From the NCBI GenBank assembly GCA_951406725.2, contig OX597814.1:183396001-183460000 (forward strand): 64,000 nucleotides of DNA, read 5' to 3'. The stretch is from Octopus vulgaris. Taxonomy: Eukaryota. The position numbers and the translations under genes are program-made. Shown here piece by piece: positions 1-11,030 of this stretch. Position 1 is the first letter of the stretch. Every line of letters starts with the position of its first letter. Below the pieces are notes generated by a model, which ran no database searches, was not told the origin of the DNA, and worked only from the letters and a program-made list of their open reading frames with translations.

Positions 1-414
1 ATGAAATTTAAATGTTGAAACTTACCAACATCTTCCACGCTGCAATTGTTTTTGCTTCAGCACACGATCTCAGATCAAGTCGCTTGCTATGCAAATACAT
101 CTCCGTCATTTAAAAATATCCATGTGGATAAATGCCAGCAATGACCTTCTCATGGCTCTCCGATATTTTGATTTCTAAACAGAAACAATAGGGAGCAGTG
201 AATGGGGTTGCAAAAATTCATAATTCCACAAATTTTCGTTTTTATAGTATATAAATGTATTTATGGGGGAAAATATTGAAAAGCATCAATACACGCGAGA
301 GTGATTAAGAAACGATGAGGATTGTTTTGGGATGTGCTAGAAATAACAACCAAATCACTCTTAAATCACTCAGTTTTCCCTTTGAAAAAAAATTTTTTTT
401 TACCGAAAATGCTC

Positions 415-596
415 TTCCCATGGTTTTGAAGTGCAAGTCGATTACAACGAGCCCCGTGCTCAACTAGTACTTACTTATTTGACCGCGAAAGGAAGAAGTC
501 GACCTCGGTGGAATTTGAACTTAGAACGCGCACACAGACTGAATGCCGTTAAGCATTTTGCACAGCGGGTTAACGATTCTGCCGGCTCACCGCCTT
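415..596 (-). mobile_element. Degenerate tRNA-derived SINE, family B (Meta-domain-like)
   Basis: Reverse complement aligns by eye with the copy at 25799-26029 (GGCGGTGAGCCGGCAGAATCGTTA...GTTCAAATTCCACCGAGGTCGACTT). Confidence 0.7.
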
Positions 597-834
597 AGTG
601 TATGTTCGGGTATTGCTTTTGTTATTTCTCTGGTTTCGTTCATTGCTTGGATCTTACGGAAATTTAATTTTTTACTTATTTTACGTATAACTTTGGTTAT
701 TATTATCTACTTATTATTTGTTGAACTGTATTTTTTCTGTATACTATATTTTTCCTATATTCATATTGTTTCCTATATTCACAGTCATACAGGTTTCAAA
801 TTTTGGGACAAGGCTAGAAATTTCGAGGAAGAGG

Positions 835-975
835 ATAAGCCGATTACATTGACCACAGTACTAAACTCGTACTTATTTTATCGACCCCAAAAATCTAAAA
901 GGCAAAGTAGACGGAATTTGAACTTGGCAGAATTTGAACTCAGAACGTAAGGATAGACGAAATGCCACCTCGCCG
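835..975 (-). mobile_element. Degenerate SINE family B fragment
   Basis: Contains TTTTTATCGACCCCAAAA...AAGGCAAAG and GAATTTGAACTCAGAACGTAA, the reverse complement of the family B core and B box. Confidence 0.55.
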
Positions 976-1110
976 CCTTCAGATTGACAGTTATATGTAC
1001 CTACTCGTATATTTTGTGCTTCAATTTACATATATGTGCCTGTGCGTCTGTGTGTGCATCTATAAATAGAATACGTGTACACTTTTTTGTTGATCTTACC
1101 ATCACGGTAC

Positions 1111-1155
<45 letters not shown>

Positions 1156-1164
1156 ATGGGGGGG

Positions 1165-1200
<36 letters not shown>

Positions 1201-1529
1201 ATGCATGTATGTATATCGTGGCTCTTTTAAGAGTTGACATCCTGCCCGCCCGAGTATTAATAACTTTATTATACTGTAGAGTATTTCCCTTTGATCTGAC
1301 AGCCATACTGCCCTGTAACCCGATAAATAGTAGACAAGACAGTTTCTTGTCAAATATTTGAAATCGACCTGCGAACTTATGCACTTATTCTTTATTTCTT
1401 CCTATTTCTTATTCTCTTTGCATTTTTATCATTTATTTACTCACACATACACACACACATAGACACACATACACATACATGTATACACATATATGTACAT
1501 ATACAAACATACATATGTATATCGATCTA

Positions 1530-1561
<32 letters not shown>

Positions 1562-1585
1562 GCTATACATATGTGTATTTATATA

Positions 1586-1799
1586 CGATGTAGTGCCGAA
1601 AGTTCATGGCTTTAAGGGTGGCGTGAAAAGCTTGGCTGGAGACCCAATCCTCTGAGTTCTTTTACAGGGTTTAGAAAAACTGAAGGATCATTGCAATATG
1701 TGTGTGAATCTGAGAGGGGAATGCGTTGAATAAAATCATGATTAACTGATTCTCCTGTATTTTCTTTTATCCAAAGCCAGAAACTTTCAGTACCTCATC

Positions 1800-1800
<1 letters not shown>
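1586..1800 (+). mobile_element. Mariner (Tc1/mariner) internal-deletion derivative / MITE
   Basis: Imperfect TIRs CGATGTAGTGCCGAAAGTTCATGGCTTT and AAAGCCAGAAACTTTCAGTACCTCATCG, flanked by TA on both sides. The interior encodes a mariner-like C-terminus, GLEKLKDHCNMCVNLRGECVE*. Confidence 0.85.
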
Positions 1801-1893
<93 letters not shown>

Positions 1894-1899
1894 CTCAGA

Positions 1900-2760
1900 G
1901 AGCCGAGAGTGCATCCTAAGTAACTGCCTAATACTATTTGGAAAAAAAAACGCCAGTGCTGTTTTCCTGAAGGTATAGGGGATAGAATCTGCGATGCTTG
2001 TAGCCAGTGATGACATATATCGCTTTTGACAAAGCAAGACGATGGCTGCTAGCACCGATAAAATGTTGGCAAGACAGCTGAAGTTCATCAAAACTGTTAC
2101 CTCAATATCACAAAGGGCAAATTGGTAATGATGTTGGAGATATCGAAACAGGTTATTCCGTTAGTACTCCTCTTTTCCTGGAAAAAAAGTCGAGGAAGTG
2201 CTTCAGCAGAAAAGATCAACAGGTGTAGGGTTCGTGGATTTATGTGAAAACATTGAACGGTGAGCAAAGAGTGATCTCAGTGAGGTGAAACAAAGAGGGT
2301 TTGCAAGCCAGTTCCTCTACAGAGCACACAATATAGGGAAGAACCATAGGGGCAAAAATGCGGAAAGCCATCAATATGCGTATAGAGGTTGCAGAGATTT
2401 CTTCCAGATGGTCATGCATGGGTTGTTACCATCTGGATGGACACAAGTTGTCTTCCAACAATCTCACCCTCTCACTTAGTGAAAGAGTGACATTATACAG
2501 GTATATCAAATACAATATACATTCTAAACTTTGTTAAAATTATTTCCACCTCTAGGGGATATGTTACACTTACCATATCTTAATCGAGAAAATCTGCGCT
2601 TGAGAAAGGTTTATAATTCAACAATCAAGAATTCTCCAAAGTTGGCATGTTGTGAGGGAAACGTACAGGCATATTGTCTAGATATAAGACATTCGTGGGA
2701 CATGTTTCTACGTCATGTAGCGTTATCAACACAACACTTGTTCTATGCAATTTGAAGTAA
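1900..2760 (-). pseudogene. Highly decayed Penelope-like reverse transcriptase fragment
   Basis: Minus-strand remnants in the expected order: a YTNIP-like motif near 2560, LPF(L)DIEV near 2097-2120, and CQKRYMSSLATSI resembling the PLE thumb motif. Many stops and frameshifts. Confidence 0.45.
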
Positions 2761-3670
2761 ACAAAGAGCTCAGACCTTCACAAAACCCGTGAACAAATTT
2801 TAGGCAAGTCATTTGCATATATGACATTTATAAATTTTGCTCAAAAGTCATTGGTCAACCTATGGTTGAACACACACGGTTATAGTACTGTAGACTTTCT
2901 TATCTTGTAGAGAAATTAAAACGCCAGTTGATCTACAAGAGTCTTTCCTGAACAGTAGCTACTTTCATTCATAATATTGACATTATCATTTGTTATGGCA
3001 GTATATACTTTACCAAATTCTAAGCCTGTAGGAGCAAGTCCCTTTCAATGGAGGTGTAGAGCCTCATATTATACTGAGGTGGAATAAATCTGCAGTAAAT
3101 TTGTTTTCGATATTGTTGAATTATTGGATGGCTGCGATAACTACAATGGATAGATGTCCATTTATTATCTATGCGCAAACATTTCTTTCTATAATTGTTA
3201 TTCCGTATACATTCTCCATGCAAACATCCATCCATCCATCCATCCATCCATCCATTTTGCTAGCTATCTCTCCTCTAAACATATACTTTTTCATGCTTTT
3301 TTACTATTCAATTTAAAAAAAAATTTATTTACCATATTTTTCGATTTATACGTTTCTTTACATTTTCTTTTTATATATATCAACGTCTTATAGAACATGT
3401 AGTTGCAGCCTTATCAATTGAGAGATGCTGTTCATGCTTTTAGGTGCTGTTTCTATATACTTTCTGCGACGATTTATTTTGCATTCAATCATTACGAGTG
3501 ATCGTTCCTCACAGTGCTAAAATGGTTGAAACGATATCTTTGAAAAGTAAGAACAAAGCATTCACCTATTACTACTACTACTGGTGATGGCGATGTTGGT
3601 GATGATAATGCTGTTAATGATGACAATTATATATACATACATATACATATCTATAATCATTACAAGATCT

Positions 3671-3896
3671 AGCGAACTGACAGAATCGTTAGCAAGCCGG
3701 GCAAAATGCTTAGCGGAATTTCGTCTGCTGCTACGTTCTGAGTTCAAATTCCGCCGAGGTCGACTTTGCCTTTCATCCTTTCGAGGTCGATTAAATAAGT
3801 ACCTGTTACGCACTGGTCGATATAATCGACTTAATCCGTTTGTCTGTCCTTGTTTGTCCCCTCTATGTTTAGCCCCTTGTGGGTAGTAAAGAAATA
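3671..3896 (+). mobile_element. tRNA-derived SINE family B (Meta-domain-like)
   Basis: B box GAGTTCAAATTCC, core GTCGACTTTGCCTTTCATCCTTTCGAGGTCGAT, 3' end TTTAGCCCCTTGTGGGTAGTAAAGAAATA. Near-identical to 25799 and 54658. Confidence 0.9.
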
Positions 3897-3914
3897 TATT
3901 ATTTATCTTTTATG

Positions 3915-4125
3915 GCTTACTCGTTTCAGACAGTGGACCGTAGCCATGCTAGAACATCGCTTTGAAGGGATTTTAGTAGAAAATATCGACTGCAGTTCTT
4001 ACTTTTAAAAGTCTAGTACTTATTCTATCAACCTCTTTAACCGAACCACTAAAATACGTGGACGTAAACAAACACCAGTTGTCAAGCGATGTGAGTATGG
4101 ACCCAAACACAAAGACACAAATACA
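3915..4125 (-). mobile_element. Degenerate 3' half of SINE family A
   Basis: Aligns with 4424-4625 (GCCATGCTAGAACATCGCTTT, TAGTACTTATTCTATC, GTTGTCAAGCGATG). Confidence 0.7.
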
Positions 4126-4129
4126 CACT

Positions 4130-4194
<65 letters not shown>

Positions 4195-4423
4195 ACACAC
4201 ACACGTACACACACATTTTTAATCCCGCCAAACTTTATGAGGAAATGATTATCGCCCTTGTAATGGCTGTGACCACAAAGGGAATTACATGTGCTTGACA
4301 ACGGTATGTTTCCGAGAATTAATAATTTCTTAGATAAAAAGAGAAGAAGGGAAATCTTATTACCTTAACTAAAGTTTAAGACATTAAAACCACCACAGAG
4401 CCATATGTTTGTTTGTTTGTTTG

Positions 4424-4816
4424 TTACTTGTTTCAGTCATTTTGACTGCGGCCATGCTAGAGCACCGCCTTTAATCGAGCAACTCGACCCTGGAACTTAT
4501 TCTTTATAAGCCCAGTACTTATTCTATCGGTCTCTTTTGCCGAACCGCTAAGTTACGGGGACATAAACACACCAGCATCAGTTGTCAAGCAATGCTAGGG
4601 GGATAAACACAGACGCACAAACATACACGCACATACATATATATACATATATACGACGGGCCTCTTTCAGTTTCCGTCTACCAAATCCTCTCACAAGGCT
4701 TTGGTCGGCCCGAGGCTATATTAGAAGACACTTGTCCAAGGTGCCACGCAGTGGGACTGAACCCGGAACCATGTGGCTGGTAAACAAGCTACTTACCACA
4801 CAGCCACTCCTGCGCC
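4424..4816 (-). mobile_element. Full-length tRNA-derived SINE family A
   Basis: Minus strand reads GGCGCAGGAGTGGCTGTGTGG (A box) and GGTTCAGTCCC (B box), then an internal TA/CA microsatellite and a 3' end ATGACTGAAACAAGTAA. About 10 related copies occur in the window. Confidence 0.92.
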
Positions 4817-4817
4817 T

Positions 4818-5190
4818 ATCATTGCAATCATTTGCGAAGTGTCACATTACAACCACATCGTAGTTTGTATCATTACAGTAACAGCATAGCTGTATCACTT
4901 CAATCATTGCTGGGCTGTTTCATTGCAATTGACACAGTATTGTGTCATCACAGGTACCACGGCAATCTCATCTGAATTACCTATGCTGTCTCATTACAAC
5001 CACCGCTTATCCGTGCCATTAAAAACACTACTGAGGTGTTTCATTACAGTTACTCGTAGCTCTTTTTCAATACACCCAGCATTGAATTGAGCTTTGTCAT
5101 GAGATCCACTGCAAATACTATTGGCGGTATCATAATCAATTAAAGATATCACTGCAACCACCGACAAAGTGTTTCATTATAACCAATGCA
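4818..5190. repeat. Old degenerate minisatellite, period about 25 bp
   Basis: A TCATTACA-like core recurs at about 4870, 4895, 4920, 4946, 4991, 5016, 5041, 5067, 5149 and 5174. Confidence 0.6.
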
Positions 5191-5446
5191 CTTTCATGTT
5201 GCGCAGATTTTTATACGTATTAAGCTTCAAAAGTATTTTCCTGTATATTTTTTTCATAATATGAATATTTAAAGTACTTAAGGAATTTGTCTGTCTCTTT
5301 TCACATTTAATTATTTTATAAGTTTTTTTTTACTTATTTATCAGTTGATTAAAGAATCATTGGGCAATGTGATCTGATAAGGTTATAGATATTATATAAA
5401 CTATAACAATACATATAACTACACCTATAATACAATACATATTATA

Positions 5447-5600
5447 GGTGTAGGAGTGGCTTTGTGGTAAGTAGTTTGCTTACGAATCATATCGTTCCCA
5501 CTGCGTGGCACCTTGAGCAAGTGTCTTCTATTGCCGTCTCAGGCCGACTAAAGCCTTGCGAGTGGATTTGGTAGACGGAAACTGAAAGAAGCCCATCGTA

Positions 5601-5650
<50 letters not shown>

Positions 5651-5825
5651 CCTGCTCGCTTAGCCAGCGGGGTGGCGTCATTCGAAAGCTAAAACAATGC
5701 GAACACATTGTGAGCAGCGATGTGTAGCAACATCTGATAGTCTGGTCGGTCACGTGATCACGTGATACATATATATGTATGTATGTGTGTGTATATGTTT
5801 GTGTGTGTTTGTCCCTCCCCAACAC
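5447..5825 (+). mobile_element. SINE family A (3'-truncated) with a nested family C 3' half
   Basis: Head GGTGTAGGAGTGGCTTTGTGG and body run to 5600. Family C sequence occupies 5648-5765 inside the (TA)n, then family A resumes with GTTTGTGTGTGTTTGTCCCTCCCCAACAC. Confidence 0.85.
5648..5765 (+). mobile_element. 5'-truncated SINE family C
   Basis: Near-identical to 61219-61336 and ends in TCACGTGATCACGTGA. Confidence 0.9.
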
Positions 5826-6000
5826 ACAGACGATTTACCAGTATAATTTGATTAAGGGTAATCTGAGAAAACAGAGGCTAATTTCAGAGCATAAAAAATC
5901 TCATACATACATACATACATACATACATACATACATACATACATGCATACATACATACATACCTATGTGTGTATATGTATATATACTTACGCACATACAT

Positions 6001-6054
<54 letters not shown>

Positions 6055-6139
6055 TTACGTGCATGAATACACATAAACCCCCACGCAGACACACACCTAC
6101 ATACATGCATACACGCAAACATACACACACACACGCACA

Positions 6140-6297
6140 TACATATTTTCTCTCCTTGTTTCGTTCTGTGTTCCTTTTGTGGAAGAGCGTAGATCGAAAC
6201 GTTAAAGACTTTTTTCACTTTCCGAGCGTTATACTAATACATCTGTTTGCTGTCTACACCATCTGTCTTCGACATTTTTCTTTGTGAATTCTCCCCC
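6140..6297 (+). mobile_element. Short non-autonomous PLE-like element with decayed hammerhead (family H1)
   Basis: Homologous to 43009-43200. Contains GAAGAGCGTAGATCGAAACGTTAAAGAC, and the 3' end abuts a TA run. Confidence 0.7.
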
Positions 6298-7052
6298 TAT
6301 ATATTTATATACTACAACAAGCACACGCATACATATAAACACACGTTTAGTGTTGACTGTCAGAAGAAAAATAATCAATAAAATAGTCGTGGTTTATTAA
6401 TATATTTTATTTTGTCGAGGTGAATTGACCTTGTCCTTCATTCTTGTAAAGTGGAAAGTGTTTGTGGATTGACAGATTGCACGGATCGTTGACTTCGGTA
6501 TTGTTTGGTTTTCTTTGTGAGTAACCTAATTAGTCTTGGATAATGATTAAAGAAATCGTGTCTAACTGTGAGATTGTGCGGCATATGTGTGTGCATGTGC
6601 GCGCGTGTGTGTGTGTGTGTGTGTGTGTGCCTGCGGATATGTGTGCACGTACGTATCTATATGCGTATGTGAACTCGTAAGTCTTTTGACAACTTATAGA
6701 AATTGTCCATAACATCTGTTGATATTTTGGCTTGAAAAGATGCCATACTCACAGAAAGACAAACAAAGCGAATAGTAATAAACACTTAAAAGTAAGAATA
6801 AGAACGAAACAAACGAAGACAATAAGAATTCAAATGTTGCAAGATGGTATTCTTGAAATTAAATTTCTAAACAAGTATCATTCCAGATTCTTCCGAATAT
6901 AAAACCATTCTTCGTTGTCTGCAATTATCCTATCAGTCCTTCGGAAAAAAAATATGTCGTATATATATAACTTCTTTGCAAATACTTTTTACATCTAGTT
7001 GCTGACCTGATTCACCATCGCACTGTCCCCCTCTTTCTCCAATATCACCATA

Positions 7053-7360
7053 AATAAACCCACTTCGGTCATGAATGACCATGGTATTGCACCAAGCAAG
7101 TTACCCTCCGAGGCACAAGTTTGGGCAAGGTTGTTTATGGAAGGCCAGCAGTAGCCACCAATATTATCTCCATGCCACCAATGTTATCCAAGAGAAAGGC
7201 ATAGACTGATACAACTTGGCACCAGTGACGTCGCAACTCATTTCTACAGCTGAGTGAACTGTCTTGCTCAAGATCACAACACACGGCCCTGTTCGGGAAT
7301 CAATCTCACTACCTCATGATTGTGAGCTTGACGTTCTAACCACTGAGCCATACACCTTCA
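7053..7360 (-). mobile_element. tRNA-derived SINE family D
   Basis: Minus-strand head TGAAGGTGTATGGCTCAGTGGTTAGAACG (A box), a decayed B box, then CTTGAGCAAGAC. 13-bp TSD CAATATC(A/T)CCATA at 7040-7052 and 7361-7373. Confidence 0.8.
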
Positions 7361-7664
7361 CAATATCTCCATATACAGTTGTTCTATAACTTCTACTGAC
7401 TTGCATGAATATTCGCGATCTCTTTAAATGCTTGGTACCTGGTTTTAAAATGTTATTATTGTCCTAGTGACGTTTTTTCATTTCAAACTCTCCATTAATC
7501 TACATATATCACCGCCCGAGAGATTAATTCGTAAATGAAGTGTGTGTATAGATAATTTAATATAAACGTTGTGAAAATATATGATTATCAGGTATACATA
7601 AACGAATAAGATTTGAAATAAGTTGTCCATGGCATGAAAAATAGCGATATTAACAAGAACTAAG

Positions 7665-7724
<60 letters not shown>

Positions 7725-7731
<7 letters not shown>

Positions 7732-7964
7732 AATAAATAGGGTTCAGCAAAGATTTGCTTACCACATACCAGCCAATACCGTTAGCTATTTCTTCAACTT
7801 TAAAGGGACTCCCAGAAAAATCAAAATACTTGTTTTCAAGTATTTTGATTTTTCTGGGAGTCCCTTTTTAACGTAGAAGAAATAGCTAACGGTTTTTGAC
7901 TGCTATCTATAAACTTCGGTATGTGGTAAAACAAATCTTTGCTGAACCCCATTTATTAAGAACT
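7725..7964. repeat. Fold-back inverted repeat
   Basis: Perfect 31-bp arms at 7802-7832 and 7837-7867 around a TTTT loop, extending imperfectly to 7725 and 7964. Confidence 0.9.
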
Positions 7965-8059
7965 ACTTAAGTTTACCATGAAATGGTTCTTTTTTTCATG
8001 CCGAATTCTACTTGGTGAAATTATTGATTACTTCTTAATTAATTAATTTTACCCTTTGT

Positions 8060-8122
<63 letters not shown>

Positions 8123-8197
8123 ACACACAAACATATGTATGTATGTATGTAGAAATGTATGAACGTGTGAATGTATATATGTAGGTATGTATGCATG

Positions 8198-8355
<158 letters not shown>

Positions 8356-8498
8356 TCTACATATATACATATACGACCGGCTTCTTTCTGTTTCTATCTA
8401 CCAGATCCGCTCACAATACTTTGGTCCGTTACTGTTTGATGGCGTTTGGTCGAATACGTGTGTTAATTATCAGTGCTCTCAAATTTAAAATTTGAAAT

Positions 8499-8582
8499 AC
8501 TATACTGACGAAGGGATGGAGTGAGTAGAAATATGAATTTTACATTTTTTATATTTTTCTAACCCCGAAACGCGTATACAGT
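8499..8582 (+). ncRNA. Minimal type I hammerhead ribozyme motif (PLE-type)
   Basis: ACTATA-CTGACGA-A-GGG...(about 50-nt loop)...CCC-GAAA-CGCG-TA-TACAGT. Core intact, palindromic stem III ACGCGT, stem I with one mismatch. Confidence 0.65.
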
Positions 8583-8901
8583 TAATCAGATCCGAATGGA
8601 TTCGTTATTTTCTCTCTTTACCTTTTTTGAGTTGTTGAGTATTGATGTCTGGGAGATATCTTATGGTAGGAGAATAGTATTTTAACTGCTATTTCTAAAT
8701 TTCGGTGAGACAAATTTTGCTTAACCCAAATTATAATTATGTTCATAATTATGGAATTTTTGTATAAGTTTACCGATAATAGTTCTTTTGACATACCGAA
8801 GTAATTGGTGAAATTATTAATTATTAATTGATTAATTAATTTTACTCTTCATTATTATTGATTATATATATATATGTGTGTATGTGTGTGTAAAAAATTA
8901 T

Positions 8902-9367
8902 ATGAGTGGCTTATTGGAAATTTGAACCTAAAAGGAAAATTAATAGAGGTCACAAAAGTGACGGAGGGTACTGACCAGCGCAAGCTATTGCTAAAAATAA
9001 GAGTTAAAATAATTCAAAAGTCACAAAACAGGGTACTTAATGACTGACAAAAGCGAGGTAAGTCCCCAGTGTATATAGCCGGATCGAACGATTTCGGATT
9101 TTCATGCATAACATATTAATCCTCGTCAGCGACTCTTAACGCCTAAAGTTACATTCAACTACCTCTGTCACTCTTATAATAGAAACGGTTGGAAACCTGT
9201 GGTGATTTTCAAAGGGGTAAAAGGGTAAACAACAAATTAAATCGATGACTTATTAGTTATTTTAGCTCTTGTTTCTAGCAACAGCTGGCGTGGGTCGGTA
9301 CCCTCCGTCACTTTTGTGACCTGTATTAATTTTGACTTTAGGTTCAAATTGCTCATAAGCCACCCAT
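8902..9367. repeat. Long inverted repeat (about 120-bp arms) enclosing a hammerhead motif
   Basis: 8902-9023 is the imperfect reverse complement of 9246-9367 (AGGTCACAAAAGTGACGGAGGGTAC / GTACCCTCCGTCACTTTTGTGACCT). Confidence 0.85.
9084..9132 (-). ncRNA. Minimal hammerhead ribozyme motif
   Basis: Minus strand reads TCG-CTGACGA-GGATT...AATCC-GAAA-TCG-TT-CGA. Core intact, 5-bp stem II, 3-bp stem I. Confidence 0.6.
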
Positions 9368-9539
9368 TTAATGGATCGCTTATGGTCAATGGTCAAGCAA
9401 CTGACAAGGAAACATGCATTATTGAGCAGAATATTTGCTGCAGCCTATCTTTTACAAGACAAAGCTTGTACATGATAAAACTTCTTATCAGATAAGAACG
9501 GAAGTCATAAGAACCATTGTCTGATATTAAATCAGGCAT

Positions 9540-9631
<92 letters not shown>

Positions 9632-9638
<7 letters not shown>

Positions 9639-9793
9639 CAAAGAAATTCCAACTCTGTCTGTTTTTTTATGTTTTATTTATATTCTTTATAATATTAATG
9701 TAAAATATAGAATATATAGTAGAAAAAGTATATATAGTAGTATAATGAAATGAAGTATTGATTGTCTTATTGAATAGATGAAATAGTGAATAT

Positions 9794-9800
<7 letters not shown>
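9632..9800 (-). mobile_element. Solo terminal fragment of the Penelope-like element at 34.6-35.5 kb
   Basis: Near-identical to 34672-34830 (TTCCAACTCTGTCTG...GAATAGATGAAATA). Embedded in (TA)n on both sides. Confidence 0.75.
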
Positions 9801-9847
<47 letters not shown>

Positions 9848-10667
9848 TATACGTAGATACGTATAAGCTCTGATAGAGTAAGGGAGATAATTTCCAGGAT
9901 CTAGAAAACATGCCAGAATAGGTTGATTTTGAAAAGCCACATATAGACTGATGATGTCCTCAATTAGCATACTGAAATTGTTATCTACACTTCGTACTAC
10001 AGCCCATTTTCATAGTGCAGTCTACTATTTTCTACAGGTCATTAAAAAGATTTGTCTATTGAAATACAAAAGAATCCAAAAAGTAAACAAAAACTTTGAA
10101 TATATTCTCGGTTAAATTTTTAAACTAAAACTAAAAATAGCTACGGGAAATAAATTCATAGTATTTAATGACATGAATATCTTAAAGAATGATTATTCAC
10201 AATATAACCTTACTCTATTGATATTTCCTTCTGAATGTAAATAAAATACTCTCGGAAAATACTAATGAATCACAACGAGGAAGGGACATAATTCCAAGAA
10301 AGTAAGAACGAATTTTATGTATTAAATGTTTAAGGAAAAGACAGCCTGACCTCTGAGTACAGGAGAAGGGGAAATACGGATTTTGCTGGCGAAGCAAAAT
10401 TATATTTCGGTCAGCTTGACATAACTACCGTAGTACAGTCTTGTAAACCCTGTTTATAACGACATATTCCCCTCCACACACACACATACATACACACATA
10501 CACACACGCGTGCGCTGACGCACACACATACGTAGGTACATTCACCTGTTCGACAGTGCATTGTCCTATGCTCATGAGATACAAAGTATATATCAGTGTA
10601 TATATATATTTTTCTCTTTTTTCTCTAGTTTCAGCTCAAAGGTGCGGCCATGCTGATGTACCGCCAT

Positions 10668-11030
10668 TGATATATATATAAATACATATACATGCACGTA
10701 TATATATATATATACACATACATATACATACGCGTATATATATACATATATATACACATACGCATATGTATGTATTTATATATATATATATATACATACG
10801 CATATGTATATATATATATATATATTTTTTTCTCCTTCTCTCTATCTCATATATATATATATGTATGTATATATATATATACATATATATATATATGCAT
10901 ATATATATATATATACACATATATACACATATATATATATACATATATACACACATATATATATACATACATACTTACATACATATATATATATATATAT
11001 GTACACATCTATGTGTTTGTGCATTTATAT
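10668..11030. repeat. Compound TA/CA microsatellite tract
   Basis: Direct reading. Comparable tracts at 16381-16570, 34324-34640, 35530-35850, 58700-58900 and 62400-62900. Confidence 0.95.

Noticed and set aside
1-256. Minus-strand Helitron 5' end (TTTATATACTATAAAAACG)
   Set aside because: The terminal TC is not intact and the 3' end would lie outside the window, so it cannot be supported.
543-950. 135-aa hydrophobic ORF
   Set aside because: It is composed of antisense SINE fragments and T-rich low-complexity sequence.
4818-5190. CRISPR-like repeat-spacer array
   Set aside because: Eukaryotic context, a short degenerate core, spacers that are too short, and no cas genes.
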